Source of the DNA: an uncultured Clostridia bacterium
Lineage (GTDB): Bacteria; Bacillota; Clostridia; Christensenellales; UBA1242
Assembly (NCBI GenBank): GCA_934757865.1
Contig: CAKVLS010000004.1
Span: 15,981-79,980 of the forward strand
Direction of reading: 5' to 3'
Length of the DNA: 64,000 bases
In this document: piece by piece, positions 48,366-57,686 of the stretch
Layout of the letters: each line of letters begins with the position of its first letter
How positions within the stretch are numbered: position 1 is the first letter of the stretch
Made by a program: the position numbers and the translations under genes
Notes under the pieces: generated by a model
Database searches by the model: none
Told to the model about the DNA's origin: nothing
What the model saw: only the letters and a program-made list of their open reading frames with translations

Positions 48366-48758
48366 TTACAAAATATGTATATAAAGCCCTATTGTGATAC
48401 CAAAAATTATAAATCCAAACACTGCAAGAAGCACACAAAAAGACATAGTGTTGTTGTACTTTTTGACTTTTTTCTTAAATAGTTCTTTTTTGTCATCTTC
48501 TGCGACATAATATACATCTTCATCAACAGATATGTTAGTTGCATCAAAAGTAACTTTTCTGTCCGAAACCTCGTCCATGTCTTTTCGCTCTTGGTTAGCG
48601 ATATAAATATTGTTAGCTTCCATAAACATAGCAACAGCTATGATATCAAGCCCTATTGGCATAAGTATATCAACCAAACTGCCAAGGGACACAAGCACTA
48701 CACCAACTACAAATATAGTAAGCATAGCAATGTTGTATTTTGACTTAAAAAATTTCAT
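48366..48758 (-). CDS. hypothetical membrane protein
   Basis: 130-aa ORF with two N-terminal and one C-terminal TM helices. Confidence 0.45.
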   Translation of the reverse strand: MKFFKSKYNIAMLTIFVVGVVLVSLGSLVDILMPIGLDIIAVAMFMEANNIYIANQERKDMDEVSDRKVTFDATNISVDEDVYYVAEDDKKELFKKKVKKYNNTMSFCVLLAVFGFIIFGITIGLYIHIL

Positions 48759-48769
48759 ATTCTACACCT

Positions 48770-49024
48770 TTACAAAATAATAAAAATAACAATAATTGCA
48801 AGCATAGCCGCTACATACAAAGTAATAAAAATACCATTTCGTCTACTTATAGCGTAGTATCCTCCACACAAAGCCGCCGCCAAAAATGCAACTGCCCAAG
48901 AGACATAGTACATAATGGTAGTAATCTGTGGAACAAGTTTACCGACCAAAACAAGCACTGCGGTAACAAGAACAGCCACAAAGCCTATAAAATCTATTAT
49001 TCTCTTTATTCTTTGTTTAGTCAT
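48770..49024 (-). CDS. hypothetical small membrane protein
   Basis: 84 aa with three TM helices. Confidence 0.45.
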   Translation of the reverse strand: MTKQRIKRIIDFIGFVAVLVTAVLVLVGKLVPQITTIMYYVSWAVAFLAAALCGGYYAISRRNGIFITLYVAAMLAIIVIFIIL

Positions 49025-49072
49025 AATTATCTCCTATCTAAAATATATCACAAAATATATTTTGATGTAAAA

Positions 49073-49975
49073 CTATTTTAGGTCATCTAATACTTTATTG
49101 AACCAGTCAGGAAGCGGAACTTCAAAAGTCATAGCTTCTCCCGTCCTTGGATGTGTAAAACTTATCTTGCACGCACAAAGTGCCTGCCCAACAAGTCCCC
49201 ACCTATCATCAGGCTTTCCATAAACTTTATCCCCTAGTATTGGGTGACCAATAAATGCTGAGTGAACTCTTATCTGGTGCGTTCTGCCAGTCTTAAGCTC
49301 GTACTCAACTAGGCTATACCCCTTAAACTCTTCAAGAACTCTATAATTAGTAATTGCAATTTTGCCTTTGCCCATAGGTACGACAAATATCTTCTTACGC
49401 TCGTTTGTGCCACGATTAAGATATGTAGTTATTTGTCCTTCTTTTTCTTTTAGATGTCCTAGCACTATTGCCTTATATATTCTCTTGCAAGATTTTTCTT
49501 TTATCTGCTCGGCTAAACTTACATGTGCAAAGTCGTTTTTTGCCACAAGCAAAAGTCCTGCAGTGTCTTTGTCAAGTCTATGAACTATGCCAGGTCTAAG
49601 CTCGCCGTTAATACCGCTCAAATCTTTAATATGATACAAAAGTGCATTGACAAGAGTTCCAGTATAACAGCCGCTTGCTGGATGCACTACCATACCTTGT
49701 GGCTTGTTGATTACAAGCAAATCGCTATCTTCATACACGATATCAAGAGGAATATTCTCTGGGCTAATGTCTGTACTAATAGGCTCTGGAACTTCGACAT
49801 CAACAATGTCGCCCACTCTCAAACTAAAACCCGCTTTAACGCTCTCGCCGTTAACTGTTATGTCGCCTTTTTCGATAAGATTTTTTATAAAACTTCTTGT
49901 CCTATCGCTATATATTTTTTGGACATAGACGTCTAGTCTTGTGCCTTTGTCTATTTCTTCAATGATATGTTCCAT
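49073..49975 (-). CDS. rluD: RluA-family 23S rRNA pseudouridine synthase (RluD-like)
   Basis: S4 domain followed by the catalytic HRLDKDTAGLLLVAK. lspA-rluD synteny. Confidence 0.88.
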   Translation of the reverse strand: MEHIIEEIDKGTRLDVYVQKIYSDRTRSFIKNLIEKGDITVNGESVKAGFSLRVGDIVDVEVPEPISTDISPENIPLDIVYEDSDLLVINKPQGMVVHPASGCYTGTLVNALLYHIKDLSGINGELRPGIVHRLDKDTAGLLLVAKNDFAHVSLAEQIKEKSCKRIYKAIVLGHLKEKEGQITTYLNRGTNERKKIFVVPMGKGKIAITNYRVLEEFKGYSLVEYELKTGRTHQIRVHSAFIGHPILGDKVYGKPDDRWGLVGQALCACKISFTHPRTGEAMTFEVPLPDWFNKVLDDLK

Positions 49976-49978
49976 AGG

Positions 49979-50449
49979 CTACTTTTTACTCTCTTTTTCT
50001 TTGTTAAAAAACAAAAGATAAATAACCATCAAAATAACGCCTATAACAAGAAAGCTGTCCGCAACATTAAATGTTGGGAAACTTGGCCAAAACTCGAATA
50101 CGATAAAGTCTCTAACTCCGCCTAGAGCTATACGGTCAACTAGGTTGCCTAGTGCTCCGCCGATTATAAAACTTATACCAACAGAATAAAGTTTGTTTGT
50201 AGGCTTGTATTTGAAATCAAATAGTACAATAAACACAATGACAATAAGTGTTATGATAACCAAAAGTGGTGTGTAACCGCTAAATATATTGTAAGCTGCT
50301 CCGTAGTTAAGTTCGTTTGCCCATTTGATGCCAATTAGACCTGGGATTAGCGAAAAGGCTTTGCCCTTAAAAAGTTCTTTTGTAAGAAGGTCGCAAAAAG
50401 CTACGAAACATATTATACAGCATTTCAAAATAATATTTTTCTTCACCAA
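49979..50449 (-). CDS. lspA: lipoprotein signal peptidase II
   Basis: Motifs NYGAAYN, GNLVDR and FNVADS. Confidence 0.9.
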   Translation of the reverse strand: MVKKNIILKCCIICFVAFCDLLTKELFKGKAFSLIPGLIGIKWANELNYGAAYNIFSGYTPLLVIITLIVIVFIVLFDFKYKPTNKLYSVGISFIIGGALGNLVDRIALGGVRDFIVFEFWPSFPTFNVADSFLVIGVILMVIYLLFFNKEKESKK

Positions 50450-50524
50450 AAAAATCTCCTTCTTGTATTATACTAAAAAGCGTCCACAAAGGCAAGCAGA
50501 AATATTTTGAGCAATAGAGCTGAC

Positions 50525-50556
50525 AAAAAAATCACCTTAAAAATTTTTAAGATGAT
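50525..50556 (-). terminator. terminator after sepF
   Basis: Imperfect stem ATCACCTTAAAA / TTTTAAGATGAT with one mismatch, followed by a U-run on the minus strand. Confidence 0.55.
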
Positions 50557-50606
50557 TTTATTATTTTGTCATAAAGTAGGCTTTATTAAAATATCTATTT
50601 ACAAAA

Positions 50607-51074
50607 TTACTGGTTGCCGTTGTTCTGGGTCATAATATTTACGCCCTCAGGAGTTAGCAAAAATAGGTCGCCTTGAAGTCTTTTGATAGTTCCACGAAGT
50701 GCGTATACAGCTCCGCTCAAAAAGTCAAGGACCTTCTCAGCTGTTGTATTGTCCATAGCTCCAAGGTTAACGATACAAGACTCTTGGCGTCTTAGGCACT
50801 CGATTAGTAGTTGCAAATCTTTATCGCCTTTTGGGGCATAAATAAGAACATTTTTGCCAGAAGTGCCAAATGGCATTGATGACAAATCAATACTTGTAGA
50901 ATCTACACTTTGGGTAGCAAAAGTATTGGCAAGTCCTTTATCAAAGTTGCTATATCTATTAGAAGTATTTTGTTCAGGAACAATAGAGTTTTCGGCTTTT
51001 GATTGTTTCTTTTTTTTGCCATTATCTTTGTCGCTGAAACCAACGCCTTTCATAAAAAAGTTAAAAAGTCCCAT
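50607..51074 (-). CDS. sepF: cell division protein SepF
   Basis: The C-terminal DUF552 core (VLIYAPKGDKDLQLLIECLRRQESCIVNL...FLSGAVYAL) matches SepF. Confidence 0.8.
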   Translation of the reverse strand: MGLFNFFMKGVGFSDKDNGKKKKQSKAENSIVPEQNTSNRYSNFDKGLANTFATQSVDSTSIDLSSMPFGTSGKNVLIYAPKGDKDLQLLIECLRRQESCIVNLGAMDNTTAEKVLDFLSGAVYALRGTIKRLQGDLFLLTPEGVNIMTQNNGNQ

Positions 51075-51211
51075 ATCTTTCTCCTATGTATATATTAGCA
51101 CATGCACATATATTTTAGCAAATAAAATAAATATTTTTTGCTTTTACAATAGTTTTTTGCCCAAAAATTAGCTCTTTTTGTGCCAAAAAGTCATCAAAAT
51201 CAAACACATTA

Positions 51212-51793
51212 TTACTTAATAACACATTCACTACCGTGTCCACTAAGTAGTCTATAACCTTTATAATTTCGCATCAAAGTCTTAAGACTTAATAATAAAT
51301 CTCTATAACTAGAAGTTTTTAGGTCAGTCCTGCCGTAGCCTCCGTTAAACATAGTGTCACCGCTAAATACAATATTGTCTAGAACAAATCCAAGTCCGCA
51401 ATCTGTATGCCCCGGTAAGTCTAAAACTTCAAAACTTAGTCCAGCAAGGTCTATCTTATCTCCGCCTTTGACATACACAAGGCTACTCTCGTCTACACTT
51501 ATAGTAAATGGCTTAGACAAAAATGATGCGTTAGCTTCTACATCACCAAACTTCTTTGGAGCGTTTTTGCTAAGGTAACACTTGGTATTAAAGTGTTTAA
51601 GAATCTCAGGTAAATTGGCTATATGGTCAAAGTGTGCGTGAGTCAAAAGTACGCCTTTGACAATAGCTCCATCGAGAGTTTTTTCGAGCTCCTTTATGCT
51701 CGCAGCAGCATCTACTACAACAGCCTCGCCATTATTTATAACGACATAAGTATTATTATCAAGTTCTCCACTAACGATAGTTTTTACTTGCAT
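51212..51793 (-). CDS. MBL-fold metallo-hydrolase
   Basis: THAHFDH zinc motif. Start trimmed to the ATG at 51793, 7 nt after AGGAG. Confidence 0.8.
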   Translation of the reverse strand: MQVKTIVSGELDNNTYVVINNGEAVVVDAAASIKELEKTLDGAIVKGVLLTHAHFDHIANLPEILKHFNTKCYLSKNAPKKFGDVEANASFLSKPFTISVDESSLVYVKGGDKIDLAGLSFEVLDLPGHTDCGLGFVLDNIVFSGDTMFNGGYGRTDLKTSSYRDLLLSLKTLMRNYKGYRLLSGHGSECVIK

Positions 51794-51803
51794 TTTTTTG
51801 CTC

Positions 51804-54617
51804 CTATATTTTTTTGATTGCGTCAACTGGTTTCATTCTGCTTATCTTGATAACTGGCAAAAGTGTAGCCACAAGCACTACAACAAGGCAAGCCCCAAGA
51901 ACTGCGATTATAGGCACAATACCCACTGATAAAAGTGTTATACGCTCAATAACTGTTGATTGCAAATAACTCTTGAAACTATCAACTAAAACATTGTTAA
52001 TAAGTACAGTGCCTATGCCAATAAGCATCCATGAAAATACCACCGTAATAGCCCCCATAATTAGAGACTCTATCAAGAATATTTTGCTGACATCTTCGCC
52101 CTTTGCACCTATTGCGCGCAATATACCAATTTCTTTTTGCTTATTGATAACGCTAAGTGAAACAAAGTTGAATAGAAGTATAGTTGAGAATATCCCCATA
52201 ATAAGTGCAACCCATCTAAACACAATGCTAAAAATTTTGAAAATATTGCTTACAAGATATAATGTGTCTGAAAGTTCACTCTCGTGATAAACATAATTAT
52301 TATTAGCTATATTTAAGTATTTTTCTACATTTCGCTCGCTACTAGGAAGACTAGCATAAATACCTTTTAACCCGTTATTATCTTTTGCATACTCTTCTAC
52401 GCACTTGTCACTCATTATAGCAGTAACTATAGATTTATAACTTGCAGTGCTAGGTATAAGTTTGGCTAGTGCTTCGAAATCAATAACTCCTACAACATTG
52501 TAATATTTATCAAGTTTTGGAGCTTTATTTGAAGATAGCATTTCAAAGAATCCAATAACAACCTTTTGTTCATCAGAGCCTAGACTTGTGTCAAAGATAT
52601 AATTTTCAGGCTTTATATTTTCTTGTAAATTAAAAATCTTAGAATATGTAGTTGTAGGCAAAATAATTGCGTTCTCTACGCTATCAAGATATGTTTTTGC
52701 GTCCGCTGACAAAATCTTTTTGTCATACAAATCTTGCAAAGTATATCCGCTATTTTCAAGTTTTTCAACAAGCTTGTTTAGCTTAAATACATAACTAGTT
52801 GAAGCAGAACCTTTTTTGTACTCACTCATTATTTGGCGATATTTGAATCTAGTAAGTTTTGAATAAGAAATAGTCTCAATAACATTATTGATAAATGTCT
52901 CATCTCTAGCAAAAAGTACTCCATAATAGTTAATTACCGCAAGCTGATATTTATAATAATCTTTGCGTGAGGTAAATTGCTCTGGATTTTTGGCATAGTC
53001 ATCAAAAATATCTTTGTACTTAGTCTTATAATCTGTTGAGATTATTCCGCTAACTTCTACTTTTTCGCCCAAAACATCTTCTATGCCTCTATACATTATA
53101 TAAGAATATAGGTCTGTAAGGTATTGTTCATACCCTTCGCCCAAAGCTGTAATTTCGTTTATATACTTTTTACCATTTATTCTTATAATACAATCGGCTA
53201 AATAATCTGTAATTGCAACTTTTTGAGAGCCTTCTTGTGGGTATTCGCCTTTTATCATGTTGCAGTCTTGACCAAAATAAGTAGATAATTTTTCAAAAGG
53301 TGCAACTAATACTCCTTTTGAAGATTTTACATAAGGAGTTGTAAGTTCTCTTCCCATCATCATAGACATAATAATAGATATAATATCATTAGATGATGCT
53401 GAGTCATAAGTCATTTCTAACCCATAAAAATCTAGCGTCTTAATTCCATGCTCACCGGTAGTTAATTTTTTGTAAACGGTATCATCAAACTTTTTGCTAA
53501 TTGCCATATTGAAAGAGTCGTATTCCGCCATATATTCGCCCTGTCTTAGAACTATCTCGCTAATATCGTTTTTTCTAAAACTCTGGGCAGAGGCAACTGC
53601 TATATTATAACTTGCAAAAATTTGGCTAAGACCAAAAAGAGCTAAGGCTACTACCGTCAAAAAAATAGTCACTACAAGTCTTAATTTTTTGGTCTTAAAG
53701 TTAGAAACTCCAAGTTGTGCGGCATACTTGTTAGGAAAATGCGAGCGAATAAGCGTGCAACCATTAGTTTTTTCGCTTTTTACTTCGCCAGTCTTTTCAA
53801 ACTTGCTATCTTTATTTCGTTTAATTTTGACTTGTCTATCAAGTATTGTGTTGTTTATTTCTTTTAGTTCTTTTGAACTAAGTGGTCTATCAGACGGAAT
53901 TGTTATGCTGTTTTTTGTTACTCTAAAGTCCTCAAAACCCTCATTTCTTTTGCTAATATCAGCTATCACTTCGCCATCACTAAGCTCTATTATTCTGTCT
54001 GCGTACTTTTCTGCAGAATCTCTATCATGACTTACGATTATTACAAGTTTATTTTTTGCAAGTTTACCTAGTAGCTTAAAAATTTGCTTGCTGGTATTAC
54101 TATCCAAGTTGCCTGTTGGCTCATCGCCTAGTATTATCTCAGTAGACTTAACAAGTGCTCTTGCTATTGCGACTCTTTGCTTTTGACCACCAGAGAGTTC
54201 GTTAGGTTTGCGTTTCTCAAAACCTTTTAGCCCAACCTTGTTTAGGATATCTTCAATTTTGTTTTTGTCTACCTTTTGGTTTTGGAGTTTTAGCGACAAA
54301 GCAACATTATCATATACAGAAAAATCGTCTAGCACATTATACTCTTGGAATATAAAGCCCAAAAAAGTATTGCGGTATGCGTCATAATCTTTTCCGCTGA
54401 AATCCTTACTTGATTTTCCTTTGATGATTATTTCTCCGCTGTCTGGGGCATCTAGTCCCCCTATTACATTAAGTAGTGTTGACTTTCCGCTACCTGACTT
54501 TCCCAAAATAAACACAAGTCCTTTGTCGGGGAATTTTATATTTATATCTTTTAGTGCCTTACAAGAGCTACCTTTTTTGCTCTTGTAAGTTTTGCAAATA
54601 TTTTTTAACTCTAACAT
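51804..54617 (-). CDS. fused ABC ATPase / FtsX-type permease (MacB-like) with a very large extracytoplasmic domain
   Basis: Walker A GKSGSGKST, signature LSGGQKQR and Walker B ILGDEPTG. One TM helix near residue 320, then roughly 450 non-hydrophobic residues (my own count), then three C-terminal TM helices. Confidence 0.85.
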   Translation of the reverse strand: MLELKNICKTYKSKKGSSCKALKDINIKFPDKGLVFILGKSGSGKSTLLNVIGGLDAPDSGEIIIKGKSSKDFSGKDYDAYRNTFLGFIFQEYNVLDDFSVYDNVALSLKLQNQKVDKNKIEDILNKVGLKGFEKRKPNELSGGQKQRVAIARALVKSTEIILGDEPTGNLDSNTSKQIFKLLGKLAKNKLVIIVSHDRDSAEKYADRIIELSDGEVIADISKRNEGFEDFRVTKNSITIPSDRPLSSKELKEINNTILDRQVKIKRNKDSKFEKTGEVKSEKTNGCTLIRSHFPNKYAAQLGVSNFKTKKLRLVVTIFLTVVALALFGLSQIFASYNIAVASAQSFRKNDISEIVLRQGEYMAEYDSFNMAISKKFDDTVYKKLTTGEHGIKTLDFYGLEMTYDSASSNDIISIIMSMMMGRELTTPYVKSSKGVLVAPFEKLSTYFGQDCNMIKGEYPQEGSQKVAITDYLADCIIRINGKKYINEITALGEGYEQYLTDLYSYIMYRGIEDVLGEKVEVSGIISTDYKTKYKDIFDDYAKNPEQFTSRKDYYKYQLAVINYYGVLFARDETFINNVIETISYSKLTRFKYRQIMSEYKKGSASTSYVFKLNKLVEKLENSGYTLQDLYDKKILSADAKTYLDSVENAIILPTTTYSKIFNLQENIKPENYIFDTSLGSDEQKVVIGFFEMLSSNKAPKLDKYYNVVGVIDFEALAKLIPSTASYKSIVTAIMSDKCVEEYAKDNNGLKGIYASLPSSERNVEKYLNIANNNYVYHESELSDTLYLVSNIFKIFSIVFRWVALIMGIFSTILLFNFVSLSVINKQKEIGILRAIGAKGEDVSKIFLIESLIMGAITVVFSWMLIGIGTVLINNVLVDSFKSYLQSTVIERITLLSVGIVPIIAVLGACLVVVLVATLLPVIKISRMKPVDAIKKI

Positions 54618-54627
54618 TTTTTGTCCC

Positions 54628-54660
54628 TAAAAACAAACTGCCAAACAAAAATTTGGCAGT
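54628..54660 (-). terminator. terminator after the LOG-like gene
   Basis: Stem ACTGCCAAA (54637-54645) / TTTGGCAGT (54652-54660), followed by TTTGTTTTT on the minus strand. Confidence 0.7.
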
Positions 54661-54662
54661 AG

Positions 54663-54697
54663 AATTTGATTTAATTAAATTTAATTTGATTTAATTA
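54663..54697. repeat. 15-bp direct repeat (two copies)
   Basis: AATTTGATTTAATTA occurs at 54663-54677 and 54683-54697. The second copy covers the LOG-like stop codon. Confidence 0.8.
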
Positions 54698-55336
54698 TTT
54701 ATTGCCACTATTGTAGCTTGCTTTGTCCTTTTCTCTAAGATATGCAGGAATAAATCTATTAACGGCTGGGCGTCTTCTGTAGCTGTGGATTAGTTCCAAA
54801 GCATCATCAACATTATCAACGACATTAACAAGGTCATTAAACTCGCCCGGAGTGCACAAGCCCTCTTCTTCTTGGACTTTGTAAAATTCAAGAAGTTTGT
54901 CATAATAGCCGTCAATGTTAACTAAAACTATCTCGTAAGCATGAGGATATTGTCTGTTGATTTCTAAGAAAGTAACAAACTCATGTACTGTGCCGTTAGC
55001 ACCCGGAAGAACTACAATTATATCTGTATTGTCGGCAAAAGTCTTAAGTCTTGTATTAAGACATTGATTAGGAAGTCTTTCGCCTACCATACCGTCTCTA
55101 TAACTATCAAAGTACACAACGCTAAGGTCTACAAGTTTAACCTTTTTGTTGTACTTAATAAACTCGTTGTAAGTAACGCCCATTAGCCCGTACTCGCTAC
55201 AACCTTGCAAATATACATATTGCTTTTTGCCTAAGTATTCGCCTATTTTTCTAGCGGCTTCTATTGTCTTTGGGTTTTTTGGCAATCTGCAACCCTCCGC
55301 AACAAAAACTCTAACATCATCATCATCTTTTAACAT
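54695..55336 (-). CDS. divergent LOG-family (TIGR00730/SLOG-type) nucleotide-binding/phosphoribohydrolase-like protein
   Basis: RBS AGGAGG. Has PGANGTVHE where the family has PGGxGTxxE, and QGCSEYGLMG where it has GGGxxGLMG. Confidence 0.6.
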   Translation of the reverse strand: MLKDDDDVRVFVAEGCRLPKNPKTIEAARKIGEYLGKKQYVYLQGCSEYGLMGVTYNEFIKYNKKVKLVDLSVVYFDSYRDGMVGERLPNQCLNTRLKTFADNTDIIVVLPGANGTVHEFVTFLEINRQYPHAYEIVLVNIDGYYDKLLEFYKVQEEEGLCTPGEFNDLVNVVDNVDDALELIHSYRRRPAVNRFIPAYLREKDKASYNSGNK

Positions 55337-55346
55337 TTTTGTCCTC

Positions 55347-56621
55347 CTACTTTAAGTAAAGTGATTTACATAATTTTCTTACGCCATCGACATCGTTTGC
55401 CTTAGACATTGTAAGAATATTTTTTATGTCTTCGTTAGGTATCTCTTCTTCTATCTCGCCGATGTATTCTTTGACAAGGTCGCACCATGCTTGTGCGGTC
55501 TTTTGGCTATAAAATAGCTTAATCATAATATGTGCGTCAAAGAAGTAGTTTTTGAAGAAGAATATCCATTTATCATTTGGTATATCTGCCAAAATCTCTT
55601 TTGCAACATTACGAGCTTCGTCTAGGTATCCATAAGGGTTGCCGATATATGCTAGTATTGTTGGGCAAATATAATTTCTTGTAAACATAGCGGGTATGTG
55701 TAAGTTGTCTTTTATATTAAGTAGCGCACTTATCTCGCTACGAGTGTTGTTAAGACTAAAATGGCTAGCTATAGCGTCTTGACCATTGATAAAGATATGT
55801 CTTATAAGGTTAACATCGGTATTGAAGTCTGGTATCTTAATGTGATTGCTTACCTCGTTCAAAACCTCTTCTGCAAGCTCAGTGTTGTTGTTTTGTTTAA
55901 TGTATAGTGACAAGAAAATCTTATCGGACATAGATAGATTTTCCCAAAGAGCTGGTATTAGAAGTTTGAAATTGTTTATAAAGACTTCATCTTTTTTCTT
56001 AACCTCAAACAAAAGCACAAATAGTAGTCTTGTAACTATTGTCTTTTCGTCATTAGTAGCTTCTAGTATTGTTATGTACTCGCTAGTTAGTGGCATAAGT
56101 TTATCACTAGTTAACATATCAACTAGTGACTTATAACTCTCGCTAAATGCTGAATAGTCCTTGTAAAAAATATAGTTAAAGCATAGCTTACCATAATTTT
56201 CTACTTGCTCTTTTGTTATCTGCCCTACATTTAGTTTACGATTTTGTGCTTGCAAAAGTTCTGCAAGTTTGATGATATTCATTCTGTCTTCTCTATCAAT
56301 GATGCCAAACTTATTAGCCAAACTTAGTGCAAATACATCGCTAATACCTAGTATTGAACCTTGGTCCATAACATACGCCATTTTGTTAGCGATAGTTTCG
56401 CCGGCACTATAAAGAACTTTTCTTAGTAGTGCCATAGATTTTTTGTATATATACTCTAAGCAATATCTATAAAAGCCCGCTTCATAAGAAGATTTGATAT
56501 AATCTTTTTCTTCGTCTTTTATATTAACAGGACAATTAGTTACTATGTCTTCAAAGTTTTGGTCACTATTAAAGTCCGCAACCGCAAGTCCCTCATAGTT
56601 AAATACTGAATTTTCTGTCAT
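55347..56621 (-). CDS. hypothetical 424-aa protein that looks all-helical
   Basis: Long ORF whose ATG shares 1 nt with the upstream stop (TAATG). I recognise no motif. Confidence 0.6.
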   Translation of the reverse strand: MTENSVFNYEGLAVADFNSDQNFEDIVTNCPVNIKDEEKDYIKSSYEAGFYRYCLEYIYKKSMALLRKVLYSAGETIANKMAYVMDQGSILGISDVFALSLANKFGIIDREDRMNIIKLAELLQAQNRKLNVGQITKEQVENYGKLCFNYIFYKDYSAFSESYKSLVDMLTSDKLMPLTSEYITILEATNDEKTIVTRLLFVLLFEVKKKDEVFINNFKLLIPALWENLSMSDKIFLSLYIKQNNNTELAEEVLNEVSNHIKIPDFNTDVNLIRHIFINGQDAIASHFSLNNTRSEISALLNIKDNLHIPAMFTRNYICPTILAYIGNPYGYLDEARNVAKEILADIPNDKWIFFFKNYFFDAHIMIKLFYSQKTAQAWCDLVKEYIGEIEEEIPNEDIKNILTMSKANDVDGVRKLCKSLYLK

Positions 56622-57652
56622 TATTTAACTACCTCTTCATAGAAAGTTTCGCCGTCTTGTGACTGGAAGTATACGCCGATTACTTTCTTTACCTTAGAGT
56701 TAACTATGGTGTATGCTGCTCTCTTACGAGCTCCGCCTACGACATTGGTTAATTTATTGTTGCTGGTAATAAATACATTGTATGCTCTTATTCTGCCGGC
56801 GTTATCTACTATGGTAATACCATCATAGTTAAGCATTGCTATAAATAGTTCCGCAACGCTCATAAGTTTGGCCTCGGAGTAGCCATTGGTCTGCATAAAT
56901 AACTTAGAAAACTCAATAGGAGTTTCTAGCCATATACCATCGCCAAAGTAGCCTTTGTCAACATAATCTTTGTCTACGATTACACATATAGCACCGTGTA
57001 TATCGTTAAATGCTTGTTTGAAAATATTAGCATACAATATTTTGATTTCGTTTAGTTTTTTCTTTGTAGTTTTTAGTTTAGAAAGGCTTGCGTTAACAAA
57101 ACGGTTAACGACACCTTCTCTATTGACATAGCTTAGGTCGTTAAGTGAAAAGTTAATAACTGCCTCACTGCCCTTGATGCCTCTTAGAAGTATAGCAAAG
57201 GAACTCATAACATCTAGTGTTAAAAGTGAGATTTTTGACTCTTTGAGAGTGTCGCTCAAATACATCAAATCAACAAATTTTTTCTCTTTGATACTGTTAA
57301 AAGTCTTAACAATACCATAAGTAAATTTGTCATCTTTTATCTCGACAAAGACTGTCCAGTCAATGTCGCAAAATCCCATAAGGGCTTTCATACGAGAGTT
57401 AAATTGTGACTCGTTGTTATCAAAGAATAGTGGCAATTTATAACTAGTTGGAACATTTTTTACGATGGTGTCAATGTTGCTAGTGATAAGTATGCTTGGT
57501 CTTATCTTGCGGCCTTCTTCTTCGTAATTACAAAACTTATATAAGAAGTTCATTATATAAGTAACAAACTTTTCGGGCATGGTAGGAAACTCTTTGCACA
57601 CTAGTTTGATTACCGATTCTTTTGCGTCTGTATAAAATATGTTTTCAACCAT
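56621..57652 (-). CDS. DisA_N/diadenylate-cyclase-like domain protein (divergent)
   Basis: The C-terminal 140 aa line up by eye with DAC blocks: HGAICVIVD (GALIVI), YDGITIVDNAGRIRAYNV (HDGAVI...I.AA), GGARKRAA (GTRHRAA) and VYFQSQDGE (VVSEETG). The N-terminal half shows a weaker echo of the same pattern. Confidence 0.45.
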   Translation of the reverse strand: MVENIFYTDAKESVIKLVCKEFPTMPEKFVTYIMNFLYKFCNYEEEGRKIRPSILITSNIDTIVKNVPTSYKLPLFFDNNESQFNSRMKALMGFCDIDWTVFVEIKDDKFTYGIVKTFNSIKEKKFVDLMYLSDTLKESKISLLTLDVMSSFAILLRGIKGSEAVINFSLNDLSYVNREGVVNRFVNASLSKLKTTKKKLNEIKILYANIFKQAFNDIHGAICVIVDKDYVDKGYFGDGIWLETPIEFSKLFMQTNGYSEAKLMSVAELFIAMLNYDGITIVDNAGRIRAYNVFITSNNKLTNVVGGARKRAAYTIVNSKVKKVIGVYFQSQDGETFYEEVVK

Positions 57653-57686
57653 AAATTTTCGCCCTCACTTTTAACCTTTTTGTATT

